This document shows positions 29,782-39,616 of a stretch of DNA of 64,000 nucleotides, piece after piece (positions within the stretch are counted from its first letter, which is position 1; each line of letters opens with the position of its first letter). Location: positions 32,001 through 96,000 of the forward strand of contig JBGPGO010000007.1 of the NCBI GenBank assembly GCA_041483895.1, in the 5' to 3' direction. Under the pieces are notes generated by a model. The model was not told where the DNA came from and made no database searches. It saw only the letters and a program-made list of their open reading frames with translations. The stretch is from Fimbriimonadia bacterium. GTDB lineage: Bacteria; Armatimonadota; Fimbriimonadia; Fimbriimonadales; JABRVX01. A program made the translations under genes and the position numbers.

Positions 29782-30794
29782 CTATCCCGGTGGTGCTTCA
29801 TATCCGAAGAATCGAGAAAAGATCCGCTTGTACTCCTCCGTTTGCTCTTGGTCTGGCGGGAATACCTCAGCTACCGTGTCGGCACTCATGTCGATCAACG
29901 ATTCGGTTGTAACAAATGAGCGAAGGTCCTCGCGATCAAGAATTGATTTCACACCACGATTCCAAATGAACAGCTTGAGACCTGCGTTCTTCACGGCATC
30001 TTCGATGACCGCATTGATATGCTCGTCACCGAATCCATAACCAACTATCATCAGGCGAACGTCCCTGCATGAAGCACGGATCGAAATTGGTTGTGAAATT
30101 GCTGAAGTATCGGAAAAGCTGCAATTTGCACAGGTTTGGAACCGCCCATGATTAGCATCCCATCTCCGGTGATTGATCGCCAATTCGCGGAGCCATGCAG
30201 CTTGACGTAATTGAATCGACCGACAAAACTGGATTGGATCGTCGGATCGAGTTCGACCATCAACTCGTGGAGAGTAGACCCTTGGGGCGATGCAAACCAT
30301 GGCTGGCTTGTTCCCAGTTGCCATTTTGCGGGTCTAGGATCACCTGGCAGAATCAGATCACATCGCGGGCGAGAGCCGTTGAAATACGTTCGCTCCACAA
30401 GCAGGTCCTGATTCGTCGTAAAGAAGAATCCGGTGTCAATCGATTTGTCCCAGCCCATTCCCATGAATGCCTGTATGAGATGGCTCCAGTACTTGGAGCC
30501 GACAGGCTTTGGACCGGCCCTGCGCATGGTGTCGTCCATTCCAATAAAGGCTGCAACAATCGCCTTTTCCAATGCGCAGGCAGATGCCGGAGATTGCTTC
30601 CTTGTCTCGTCCAGCGCTAGTTCATAGTCATTCGGGTTGTTCTTAAGAAGCTCTCGTACGTTTGGATGTCCTGCCAGCGCGGGGTGTCCAAAGACCTGTA
30701 TGCAAATTTCAGTCGCCAATCGCCCCCAGGGATCCTTGCTGAAGCCAGCGCCAGTCAATAGCACGGCACGTGATGTCTTGCCAGTTGGTTTCAT
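29782..30794 (-). pseudogene. SIR2-like (SIR2_2) domain protein with a single frameshift
   Basis: LLTGAGFS, FTTNQDLLVE and KLHGS, then IVGYGFGDEHIN in another frame; one extra G in the GGG run at 30063-30065 would restore the frame. Confidence 0.85.
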
Positions 30795-30923
30795 CGCTAA
30801 CCAATTCTGCAAACTGCGCAGCCAACCTGTAGGGGAGCGGAGTCAGACACACGATTCGCGACTTTGATGGCTGGGCTCGCCGATCGTGGACTTCTTCGCG
30901 ATCCCCCGAGTACATGTCGTTTT

Positions 30924-30950
30924 GGTATCCATGATGGCGCTCTTGATAGG
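30924..30950 (+). repeat. Degenerate site S4
   Basis: GGTATCCATGA-TGGCGC-TCTTGATAGG, preceded by TGGACTTC..CGAGTACATGTCGTTTT, homologous to the flank upstream of S1 and S5. Confidence 0.65.
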
Positions 30951-31132
30951 TGAGTTGACCACGCCTTGGCCTCGTTGTTTCTGAGCAATTCTCTGCGCGG
31001 CGGTCGCACTCAGGAAGGAACCGGGACGCGAGGGCACGAGGTCAAAGAGATTGCGAATGCAGCCGTGTACGGCGAGTGAACCATGAAAGGACAATAGCGA
31101 CCTTCGGCAATTCTTGCAAAGGGTTCGGACTC

Positions 31133-31216
31133 GTACCGGAGCCCGCCGGCGTGGCTGCGTTCGCTGGCACCAGCCTAGGGCTCCTAGCCCTTCGGCGAAG
31201 CAAGGCCCGAAGGTAG
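31133..31216 (+). pseudogene. Orphan PEP-CTERM sorting signal
   Basis: VPEPAGVAAFAGTSLGLLALRRSKARR-stop with no credible upstream gene. Confidence 0.7.
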
Positions 31217-31234
31217 CGCGAATAATCCGCTAAC

Positions 31235-34180
31235 CTAGTCCACGATGACCGTCTGGTTGGTTTTGGGCGCAGTCGCCGGCCAGAGGAGCTTTTTGCCATC
31301 AGCCGTCCGAGCCACGATGTAGTACTCGAAATCCTCCTGCGCCGCAGGCAGTGTCGCCTGGTATACCGCGCGGCCCAGATGCCGGAGCTCGATCCTTTGG
31401 AACTGCCCTTTGCCGAGCGGGCGAAGGCACAAGTACGCTTCACTCGCCGGCAAGTTGTCAAGGATGGCCACACGGAGCGCGAGTGATTCCCCTTTGCGCG
31501 CTTGAGTGCGCACGGTCGGCACAACGATGCGCGTCGCGCCGGCGTAGTGGTTGGACGGGGCGGCATCAAGAGGAAGCGGTCTTTCGAGAGCCGCCGTGAT
31601 CTCATTGTCGTAGGCATCGAGCGTGTGCATGGTACGGCGGCTCTGCATCTCAAAATTTGCTATCGTGCCTAATTCCCCGGGGGTGTCACAGGCGGCGGCC
31701 TGGTATGTCATCAACTCCTCCCAGGCGCGCGCTATGGCGACACGAGACACCAACGCGTCGGAAGCCAGTTGCTTCCGCTTGGAGGTATCCGTCTCATTCT
31801 TCAGCGCCGCCGCCGCCCGATCCAACTCCGCCCGCAGGCAGCCCACTCGCGCAATCGCTTTGACTGCGCGATAGGTGTTGAGCCAGTAGTCGAAGCGCTC
31901 GAGATTGCCTGCTCCGCGTACGCGGGAACGCAGCTTAGCGAAGGACTCGACGAAGGCGAACTGCTTTTGGACGGTCTCCCACGGCACTCCGTTCGGCAAG
32001 ATTCCTCCCGGACCGGTAATCCAGTCCGTTACTTTCGGCATATTCAGTCCGTCTACCGAAGCCATTATGGCAGCGGCGGCGACTGCGACTCCCGCCCCAA
32101 AGTTTGCTCGCGCAAAATCCTTGTAGAAATCCGCATCCGGCATCCCACGGTCCTTGCCCGCGGATGGGATGGCACCGACTACCGTGTCGGCTTCATAGCC
32201 CTCTACCTTACCGCCGCCGCAGTTAATCTTTCGGCTGAACGCCGTGCCTGTGTTCGTTCTTCCCTCAATCACAATCCCGGCTATGCACGGGAACTCGACT
32301 TGACGGACGAATTCGATCCGGAGTGGATCGGCACTGACTTCGATGTCGTGAAAGACGTAGTCGAGGGCCTTGTTCCGGCCCACCTCTTTGAACACATCCA
32401 AGGTATCGATCACTGTCTTGCCTTGCAAGCGCACGCCAAACACGCGCTTACCTATCGCATCGTGGAACGGCTCATTGAATTGCAGTCTCACACGGTACGT
32501 GCCGTTGGGTACCGAAAGGCGATAGCCGTCCATGTCGTATCGGACAGTCTGGTACACGCCCACTTCCTCGGTACCGGTAACCGGCTCTGTAAATACGGCA
32601 GCGTTCCCACCAACCGCTCCGTCCTTTGTCATTTGAGGTTTCCAGGACTTGGCGAAGAAGTTCGCGGGGACCCACGATTGATCCCACGCTGCGGCCGATA
32701 GGGCGGAAACATTTAGCATCATTGCTTTGGTGCGCCAATGGATGCCAAGCAGCCCTGTGCATCCAAGCCGCCGTGCGTCGGCGGCATCGTACCGCATGCG
32801 CGCCACCCAAGGCTGAGGCTGAGTCAGCATCGGATCGTTTTCCATCCATGGTATAGCCCATTTTGGACGCCCCGCAATATCCGCGAACGCGGGTTCGACA
32901 GGATCATGTCCCACCTGGCGATTAATGCAACTCATGGGAGATGTCTTCGGCAGAATTCGGTCAAGCGCAGTTCGGTCGTTCTGAGGTCCAAGAACCCACC
33001 CGCACGTCGCCAGTACGAAAGGGTTCCCAAGGCATTGTAGAGCAGCAAGGGCCGCGCGTATGTCGCTTGTGGTAGCATCCAACCGCTGCTTGCTGTTGCC
33101 GCCCCACGTCCAATCCTCCGGCGTCCACAGCCAGTAGTAGTCCACCGGGCAGGCCCGTGAGATTCGCATGAAGATCCCCTCGTATATCTCCTGCACCGTA
33201 TTTGGATCGCCAGGGTCTCTTCCAAGAGCTTTGAGCCGCTCGCGCACGACGGTGGGAATGGTTAGCGGCGTCTCCGTGCCAACACATGTTTTCACACCCA
33301 ACTGCTTCGCCCGTGAAAACACGATGCGCATCATCTCGCCGACGCGCCTGAACAGCTCATTGGATTCCGTGGGAGTGGCTGGGCGTGGCATCAGCCCGGT
33401 CTGCGAGTAGTTGCCATAGCCGTCTTGCGCGAAAAGCAGCGCCGCGCCGCCCGCAAACTCTGAGGTTGCAACAGGGGCATACCCCCACGTGCCCTTCGTC
33501 GTATTGGCCCACGCGGACGGATAGCTGAACTTCACCCCTCCCCGCTCGTCGCAGTCCGAGGGGCTCCCGATCCACACCAGCGGCTCCGGACCAACGCCGC
33601 CCTCCGGGTAGCAGTGAAGGCCCAAAAAGTTCATTCGCATCTTCGGCAGTTGTTCTACATACGCAAGGTAGTCATCCTGATCCCACCAGTCAGGGCCTTC
33701 TGGGAAGTCGTGAAATGGCTGAATACCTCGTATCGTGAACAACGGCGTTGCCGTCTCGTTGAGGTGGGGAAGGGCATATGCGATCCTCTCGTCCGGAATC
33801 ACGTCGCCGTGCAGATAGAATCGCACACCCAGTTTCTCGGCGAAACGATACGCACCGTACAGCACGGCGACATCGCTCCCTCCGCTGATCATCAAACTCC
33901 CGCCTCTCGTTTTCAGACGAAATTGCTGCGGCGAGAGAGCAGGATCCACGCGCAGAACGATTCCCGTGGCGTGTGAGACGCGCGGGACTATTCGCAGCAG
34001 CTTCCCTGTCCGGAGGTAGACGTAGCGCCTTACCTCTCGCGCAGCCAGCCTGACGTTTGGAGAGGCGCCGGCGGGACAGACGATCACGTCCCCGGAAACC
34101 ATCGCAACGCAGGCAACCGCCGCCAGGACTAACGGCAACCCAAAGTGCGACTTCGTTCTTTTCCATTTGCATGTGTGCAT
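31235..34180 (-). CDS. Secreted glycoside hydrolase-like protein with malectin domain
   Basis: Signal peptide; N-terminal ISGGSDVAVLYGAYRFAEKLGVRFY (GH20/GH67 domain-2-like); malectin motif YQTVRY..PNGTYRVRLQFNE..RVFGVRLQG..LDVFKEVG. Confidence 0.7.
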   Translation of the reverse strand: MHTCKWKRTKSHFGLPLVLAAVACVAMVSGDVIVCPAGASPNVRLAAREVRRYVYLRTGKLLRIVPRVSHATGIVLRVDPALSPQQFRLKTRGGSLMISGGSDVAVLYGAYRFAEKLGVRFYLHGDVIPDERIAYALPHLNETATPLFTIRGIQPFHDFPEGPDWWDQDDYLAYVEQLPKMRMNFLGLHCYPEGGVGPEPLVWIGSPSDCDERGGVKFSYPSAWANTTKGTWGYAPVATSEFAGGAALLFAQDGYGNYSQTGLMPRPATPTESNELFRRVGEMMRIVFSRAKQLGVKTCVGTETPLTIPTVVRERLKALGRDPGDPNTVQEIYEGIFMRISRACPVDYYWLWTPEDWTWGGNSKQRLDATTSDIRAALAALQCLGNPFVLATCGWVLGPQNDRTALDRILPKTSPMSCINRQVGHDPVEPAFADIAGRPKWAIPWMENDPMLTQPQPWVARMRYDAADARRLGCTGLLGIHWRTKAMMLNVSALSAAAWDQSWVPANFFAKSWKPQMTKDGAVGGNAAVFTEPVTGTEEVGVYQTVRYDMDGYRLSVPNGTYRVRLQFNEPFHDAIGKRVFGVRLQGKTVIDTLDVFKEVGRNKALDYVFHDIEVSADPLRIEFVRQVEFPCIAGIVIEGRTNTGTAFSRKINCGGGKVEGYEADTVVGAIPSAGKDRGMPDADFYKDFARANFGAGVAVAAAAIMASVDGLNMPKVTDWITGPGGILPNGVPWETVQKQFAFVESFAKLRSRVRGAGNLERFDYWLNTYRAVKAIARVGCLRAELDRAAAALKNETDTSKRKQLASDALVSRVAIARAWEELMTYQAAACDTPGELGTIANFEMQSRRTMHTLDAYDNEITAALERPLPLDAAPSNHYAGATRIVVPTVRTQARKGESLALRVAILDNLPASEAYLCLRPLGKGQFQRIELRHLGRAVYQATLPAAQEDFEYYIVARTADGKKLLWPATAPKTNQTVIVD

Positions 34181-34522
34181 CGGTATCTAGGTGAAGATTC
34201 TACGGTGGACGCCACCGACTCCTTGAAGCCGCTTCGAACGGAGTAGGCAGGAGCGGCGAACATCAAGTGGATGGCCCCAGCCCGGTTGATTATTCGTCCA
34301 CCAACAGACGCATGTTTGTGTCGCCAAAGCGGCCTTGAATGATGGATAGCAAATGGGACGCCGATTGAATTGGATCGTAGGACCGGTTAGAAATCCCTAC
34401 GCACGAAACGGCGCATTGGCGGACGGGCGAATGCAGTCACAAGTCCGATATGCCTACAATCGATAAACCCCTCGTTCCTTGAGCCTGGACTTCCAACCGC
34501 TCTTCCGAGTACCTGTCGTATT

Positions 34523-34550
34523 GGTATCGATAATGGCCCTTTTCGATACC
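34523..34550 (+). repeat. 28-bp site S5
   Basis: GGTATCGATAA-TGGCCC-TTTTCGATACC; 17 nt upstream of recombinase 2 ATG. Confidence 0.85.
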
Positions 34551-34567
34551 AAAGGGAGGCAGAAACC

Positions 34568-35515
34568 ATGGCAATTGAACTCAAAGTTACAGAAGCCGCC
34601 CCAGCCGTACCGAACGCGCTGGAGTTCCTTCTGAAGTCCAAACGGAGCGAAGTCACGAGGCTGGCGTACCAGCGGGATCTAAGGCTGTTCTTCCGGGTCG
34701 TCGCAGGGACAGAACCAACGCCGCAAACGGTCGGCGCATTCTTCAAGCTCGATACCCCCGGCGTCGTTCGAGCGATGCTCACCTTCAAGTTGCAGCAGAT
34801 AGAGCAAGGGGTTGCCGAGGTTACGCTGAACCGGCGGCTGACGGCGATTCGCTCGCTTCTCAGCGTGGCAAGGCAGCTCGGGCTAACAGAGGTCATTTCG
34901 CAGGGACTTGTTCCCGGAGAGAAGACGATGCAGTACCGGGACACCAGAGGCGTCGACAAAGAGGCAGCGGCCGCGATGCTGATGCTGCCGAACACCTTTA
35001 CCGTCAAGGGGAAGCGCGATGCGGCGATCCTCCGGTTGTTCTGGGAACTGGCGCTACGAAGGCAGGAAATCTGCAATCTGACACGAGCCGACTTCGACCC
35101 GGAAGCAAAGACGCTGGCCGTTCGCGGCAAGGGAAAGGGAACGCAGAAGGTGCTGATGACGCTGAGCGACAAGGCAATCGAGGCGATCGGCGACTACCTC
35201 GCATGTCGGAACGATAGCCGACCGGAACTGTTTCTCTCCTGCACCAGGGACGGAAACGGACAGCTCTCCGGCATCACGGGCGTCGGACTGGCGTTCATGG
35301 TGAAGCACTACGCGAGGAAGGCCGGGATCCAGAACTTTAGTCCCCACAAGTGGCGGCACACGAGCATCACCGCCTACCTACGTGCCACAGACGGCGACGT
35401 GCGCGGCGCACAGAAGCTCAGCCGCCATGCCAAGCTGGAGACGCTGATGATCTACGACGATGCACGGGAAGACATCCAAGGCCGAGCGACGAGGCTGCTG
35501 TCGGAATTGGCATGA
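34568..35515 (+). CDS. XerC-like tyrosine recombinase, copy 2
   Basis: Same catalytic motifs as copy 1; 4 aa longer; GGGAGG RBS. Confidence 0.93.
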   Translation: MAIELKVTEAAPAVPNALEFLLKSKRSEVTRLAYQRDLRLFFRVVAGTEPTPQTVGAFFKLDTPGVVRAMLTFKLQQIEQGVAEVTLNRRLTAIRSLLSVARQLGLTEVISQGLVPGEKTMQYRDTRGVDKEAAAAMLMLPNTFTVKGKRDAAILRLFWELALRRQEICNLTRADFDPEAKTLAVRGKGKGTQKVLMTLSDKAIEAIGDYLACRNDSRPELFLSCTRDGNGQLSGITGVGLAFMVKHYARKAGIQNFSPHKWRHTSITAYLRATDGDVRGAQKLSRHAKLETLMIYDDAREDIQGRATRLLSELA

Positions 35516-35616
35516 TATTGTCAAATCAGCGCATGTTGCTGTCAATCGCCATAGCTGACGGCTTCCTAAACGCGACTTCATGAAGCGGAACAGATTCGAA
35601 AAGCAGGATCCGACGC

Positions 35617-37542
35617 TCAATCTCGACGCAGATTCTCATCGGGATGGAAATTAGGAAGATCCATATGGGGTTCAGACATAGCATGAATCAAGGTGATATC
35701 ACCAGATCCCGTGTCACCTACCATCACCCCCGAGCGCCAACCATATCCCTTCAAAATCTGTCGGGGTCCCGGGCCGTTCTGAAATTGTTTATACTCGTCA
35801 TGCGAGACAAGAAGAGAGTAATCGTAGAACGGTAAATCGATCGTTCCGTCTTCGTGATAACTGCCGCCGCCGAAAAAACAGCCGACGATGCCGGGCGCCG
35901 TTTCTTCGTAAAATGTAAGCGGATCGTCGTTCTTGATCAGGGGCGACTTGGCCGGATTTAGCCAAGGGCCGGCGCGACCATCATCTGGACACAATGCCTT
36001 GTACGCTGTGAGCGCGTCTCTCTGCATCGGGGACAGAGCACGGGCAGGAATAGACTTGTCGCTCCTCAATACGCTCTTTTGGTTTGGGCTGAGGGTCGCC
36101 CAGAATCGCATCATCGCGATTTCTTCGGATTGGCATACCGGCCCTTGGAATCCCCTCCATGTCACTTGGAGCGTATCCAGCAGCTGTCGGAACCGGCTAT
36201 CAGTCATGTGGGAAGCAATGGAGGCCAAGTCATCGAATGAGGGCACTCCGTTGAAAAGCACCCGATATAATTGATGCAGGATGGGGCGCGGACAGCTATC
36301 GTTGCCCGCGATCCGAACCGACTGACTGGCGGCTCCGACGATCCAATCTCCTGACGATTTCCAGCAAATTTCGTCCTGGCCAATCTGGTACAGCAGGTCG
36401 GCCAGCCGGCAATGACCCGTGGGCGCCTGACTTCGTAGCATGCCGTCGTTGAGCTCCACAACAATGGGCATGTTCGTCGAGCTCGATATCTGTCTGAGCA
36501 ATGGAGAAGTCACGACATCGAGCGGGTCCAGAAAGTCGTTCGCACCGTGCGAATGGACCCATTGACCATATGGTTTCCAAAGGTACAAGAGCCGCTCGGC
36601 AGTGAGATCGGATATCGGTTTCGGAACTGAAATGACTGGATTGTCCTGAATTTGCACCAACGAGGCCGGGCTGGGTTTCTCGGCGCTTGGAAGCGGCAAC
36701 ATCAGCGAATGCGACTGCAACAAAGGACGATTGTGCAAGTCGATAAGCGAAGACACGACATCGACCGAATAATCAAATGCCTTTACTGAGATCCGAAGCG
36801 ACTTACAATTGGCAAGTTTGCGACCTTCTTTGGAGCGCAAAATCGATCGGGCGTGGGTGGGGACGAAACCTTCCAGATCGTACTCTTTCGCAGCGGATAC
36901 TTGCCATGTCTTGCATGGTTCCTCGATACCGCTCAGCCCAACAATGACCTGCGCCGTAGACCCTTCCAGCACAGTCCACCACTGCGCCTCGCTCCACTGA
37001 TCCAGCACGTCGAACGCTATGTTGCTGTCGGGATACGCTTGCTCCCAACAGTCATCACTTTGCTCGGGCCCATACTCCTGGTCAGGCACATGGAACCGCT
37101 CACTGGCCGGCAGATCCCGCTCCCGTCGCCGCCGGGCCATTTCGGTCATGATCGCGGCAAGGTTCCGATCCTCCTTCGCCTTGGCGGCAGATTGGCTAAG
37201 TCGATTGCGATAGGCTCTTTGCTGAGGAGATTCCCGTAATACGTAGCCGCCACCTCTCTTGAACCAAGTGAGGTCCAGCGACTCAGCGAGCCGGTTCATC
37301 ACCTCGCGAAGCGGCCGCCCTTTTGCGCAAAGAAAGACGATCCGATTCCTGTTGGCGGCATCGGCCGACAATGGGACTTTGGTTTCCCTCGTCAGCAGTT
37401 CAAGAATCTCTGCGACGGACAGGCAAGAGCCGGCAGAATTCACCGTCAAGTTCAAGGGATTTCTTGCCGGGAGGACAGTCTTCCGTAAGGTGGCTCCCCC
37501 CAAGATTAGTGCCAAGACCCCTATTGCAGCAACAAATCTCAT
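35617..37542 (-). CDS. Secreted hypothetical protein
   Basis: 641-aa ORF with signal peptide; N-terminal STN/secretin-N-like segment PLREVMNRLAESLDLTW. Confidence 0.6.
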   Translation of the reverse strand: MRFVAAIGVLALILGGATLRKTVLPARNPLNLTVNSAGSCLSVAEILELLTRETKVPLSADAANRNRIVFLCAKGRPLREVMNRLAESLDLTWFKRGGGYVLRESPQQRAYRNRLSQSAAKAKEDRNLAAIMTEMARRRRERDLPASERFHVPDQEYGPEQSDDCWEQAYPDSNIAFDVLDQWSEAQWWTVLEGSTAQVIVGLSGIEEPCKTWQVSAAKEYDLEGFVPTHARSILRSKEGRKLANCKSLRISVKAFDYSVDVVSSLIDLHNRPLLQSHSLMLPLPSAEKPSPASLVQIQDNPVISVPKPISDLTAERLLYLWKPYGQWVHSHGANDFLDPLDVVTSPLLRQISSSTNMPIVVELNDGMLRSQAPTGHCRLADLLYQIGQDEICWKSSGDWIVGAASQSVRIAGNDSCPRPILHQLYRVLFNGVPSFDDLASIASHMTDSRFRQLLDTLQVTWRGFQGPVCQSEEIAMMRFWATLSPNQKSVLRSDKSIPARALSPMQRDALTAYKALCPDDGRAGPWLNPAKSPLIKNDDPLTFYEETAPGIVGCFFGGGSYHEDGTIDLPFYDYSLLVSHDEYKQFQNGPGPRQILKGYGWRSGVMVGDTGSGDITLIHAMSEPHMDLPNFHPDENLRRD

Positions 37543-37637
37543 TCCAACTCAATAATATCACAAATACGCAATGAGCTGTTGCGGCGGCTCCGTGGCCATG
37601 AAGACTTCGAAACGCGACAGGTGCGTGCGGGCCATTC

Positions 37638-37665
37638 CCTATCGAAAATCGCCATAATCGACACC
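37638..37665 (-). repeat. 28-bp site S6
   Basis: CCTATCGAAAA-TCGCCA-TAATCGACACC. Confidence 0.75.
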
Positions 37666-37732
37666 AAGAACACTGCTGCGAATCGCACCGCGAGGGCTGC
37701 GCAGCATCGAGCGCCAGGATGGCGGTGAATTC

Positions 37733-37846
37733 CCGAGTGAGCGCACCGAATACATCCGCGACGGCGACGATGCTTTCGGCAAGTGGCATCCGTTCACCTT
37801 TCAAGCCTTCCAAGTAGCCGTTGCCGTACCAGCGTTCCTGATGGTA
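37733..37846 (-). pseudogene. HD-GYP phosphodiesterase fragment
   Basis: YHQERWYGNGYLEGLKGERMPLAESIVAVADVFGALTR, a decayed HHERxDGxGYP..IxAVADxFDAL motif. Confidence 0.75.
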
Positions 37847-38003
37847 TGGAAGCCTTCCTAACTGATTCTGTGCAAGAACGGGGCCGGATTAGCCGCAACT
37901 GAAGAAAGTCGAGTTCGAAGTGTATAATAGGGTCGGGGAGCGGCTAAGACTTGTACAAACCGATCCAGATCCGAACGCAACGCCTGTTCATAGGCGGACA
38001 CTC

Positions 38004-38450
38004 TTGACCGACTTTACATGGTCGGTGCGAGTTCGCGCCGCAGGTAAACAGGAAGCAACGGTTCATTCTCGGAACCACACGTTCCGCGTTGGACCGCAGC
38101 TAAGCTTCGCCCAAAGCGATTCCAATCCCACTGCCCTCGAGTTCTTCATTGGCGCCTTCGCGGCGGATATCGTCAATGGCTTTCAGCGGGCCGCCGCCAA
38201 GCGGAGAATAGCGCTCGATGAACTTGAATTCTCCGTGACCTGCCGGCTGAACAACCCGCTGGTGCACGTGGAGGTTATCGGTGAGGAAGGCCACCCCGGA
38301 ATCGAACAGATCGACGGAACGCTTTACGTCTTCGCTGATTCCGAACCGAATGTCATCGAAGAGCTTTGGAACGAAACGCTTTCAATGTCACCTCTGGTCA
38401 CTACACTGAAGGACTCGGTGACCTTAATGTTGCGTATAAATATGATCTAA
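38004..38450 (+). CDS. OsmC-like family protein
   Basis: PTALEFFIGAFAAD motif, about 148 aa; TTG start chosen because TATAAT lies at 37923. Confidence 0.6.
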   Translation: MTDFTWSVRVRAAGKQEATVHSRNHTFRVGPQLSFAQSDSNPTALEFFIGAFAADIVNGFQRAAAKRRIALDELEFSVTCRLNNPLVHVEVIGEEGHPGIEQIDGTLYVFADSEPNVIEELWNETLSMSPLVTTLKDSVTLMLRINMI

Positions 38451-38463
38451 GGGGGAAACGAGC

Positions 38464-39615
38464 ATGTATGCACTAACAGAGAAGCAAGCGTCCATCGTCG
38501 GTCAAATCCACAAGCTCGTGGAAGAAAACGTCGCTCCGCAAGCAGCCGACGTTGATCGACAAGGAAGGTTTCCGAAAGAGGCAATCGACGCGCTGGCGGC
38601 TGAGGGATTGCTGGGGTTGACGGTCCCGCAAGAATACGGAGGCATGGGTGAAGGGGTACGAGTTGCCGCCGCCGCCCTCGACGAGATCGCCCAGGGCTGC
38701 GCCTCCACCGCGATGATTTATCTGATGCACCTGTGCGGGGTCGCCTGCTACAGCGCGGCCCCGAAAGTAGCCAACGGGCAGCTTCGGGACGCCGCCAAAG
38801 GCGAGCATCTCAGCACTCTCGCTTGGAGCGAAGCAGGCTCGCGCAGCCACTTTTGGGCTCCGATCAGTCAAGCCGCGCAGAAGAACGGCCATGTGTCGCT
38901 CAATGCCAAGAAATCTTGGGTTACTTCGGCGGGGTACGCGGACGGCTACGTCGTATCCAGCCGTACCCCGGGAAGCCAAGCGCCCACCGATACCATGCTC
39001 TATCTGGTTCTAAAGGAGGATCCGGGCCTGAAAGTGGACGGCCCATGGGACGCGCTGGGAATGCGTGGAAACGCCAGCGCACCGATGATTCTTGCGGACT
39101 GCGAGGTCCCTGCAAGCCGGGCGCTCAGCGAGCCGAGCAAGGGCTTCGACTTCATGCTCTCGGTGGTTCTTCCGACGTTTCAACTCGGCAACGCGGCCAT
39201 CTGTGTCGGCATATGTGAGGCGGCGGTCGCCGCGACAACCGCCCACCTTATTGGTAAAGGCTTCGAGCACCTCAATACCAGACTCGCGGACCTGCCAAAC
39301 CTGCGCGCACGGCTTGCGCAAATGCGCATCGAGACGGATCGTGCTCGCGCACACCTTGCAAGCGCGATCAACGCCGTCGAAACCCCAGGTCCGACGACGA
39401 TGCTCATGGTTCTGGAGGTTAAGGCTGCGGCCGCGGAAAGCGCGATCACGGTAACGGACCTTGGAATGCGGGCCTGCGGCGGTGCGGCGTTCAGCAGGCA
39501 ATTGGGACTGGAGCGCAACTTCCGAGACGCGAGGGCGGCGGGTGTCATGGCTCCAACGTCGGACGTGATCCACGACTTCATCGGCAAAGCGCTCTGCGGA
39601 ATGGACCTGTTCTAG
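38464..39615 (+). CDS. Acyl-CoA dehydrogenase family protein
   Basis: GLTVPQEYGGMG, SEAGSRS, KSWVTS, LGMRGNAS, GGAAF..LERNFRDARA. Confidence 0.92.
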   Translation: MYALTEKQASIVGQIHKLVEENVAPQAADVDRQGRFPKEAIDALAAEGLLGLTVPQEYGGMGEGVRVAAAALDEIAQGCASTAMIYLMHLCGVACYSAAPKVANGQLRDAAKGEHLSTLAWSEAGSRSHFWAPISQAAQKNGHVSLNAKKSWVTSAGYADGYVVSSRTPGSQAPTDTMLYLVLKEDPGLKVDGPWDALGMRGNASAPMILADCEVPASRALSEPSKGFDFMLSVVLPTFQLGNAAICVGICEAAVAATTAHLIGKGFEHLNTRLADLPNLRARLAQMRIETDRARAHLASAINAVETPGPTTMLMVLEVKAAAAESAITVTDLGMRACGGAAFSRQLGLERNFRDARAAGVMAPTSDVIHDFIGKALCGMDLF

Positions 39616-39616
39616 A

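Noticed and set aside
18314..35515. Classical integron (IntI/attC) or host XerC-dif interpretation
   Set aside because: No recognisable IntI-specific insertion and no attC hairpins; the genes are duplicated inside an island and the arms differ from canonical dif
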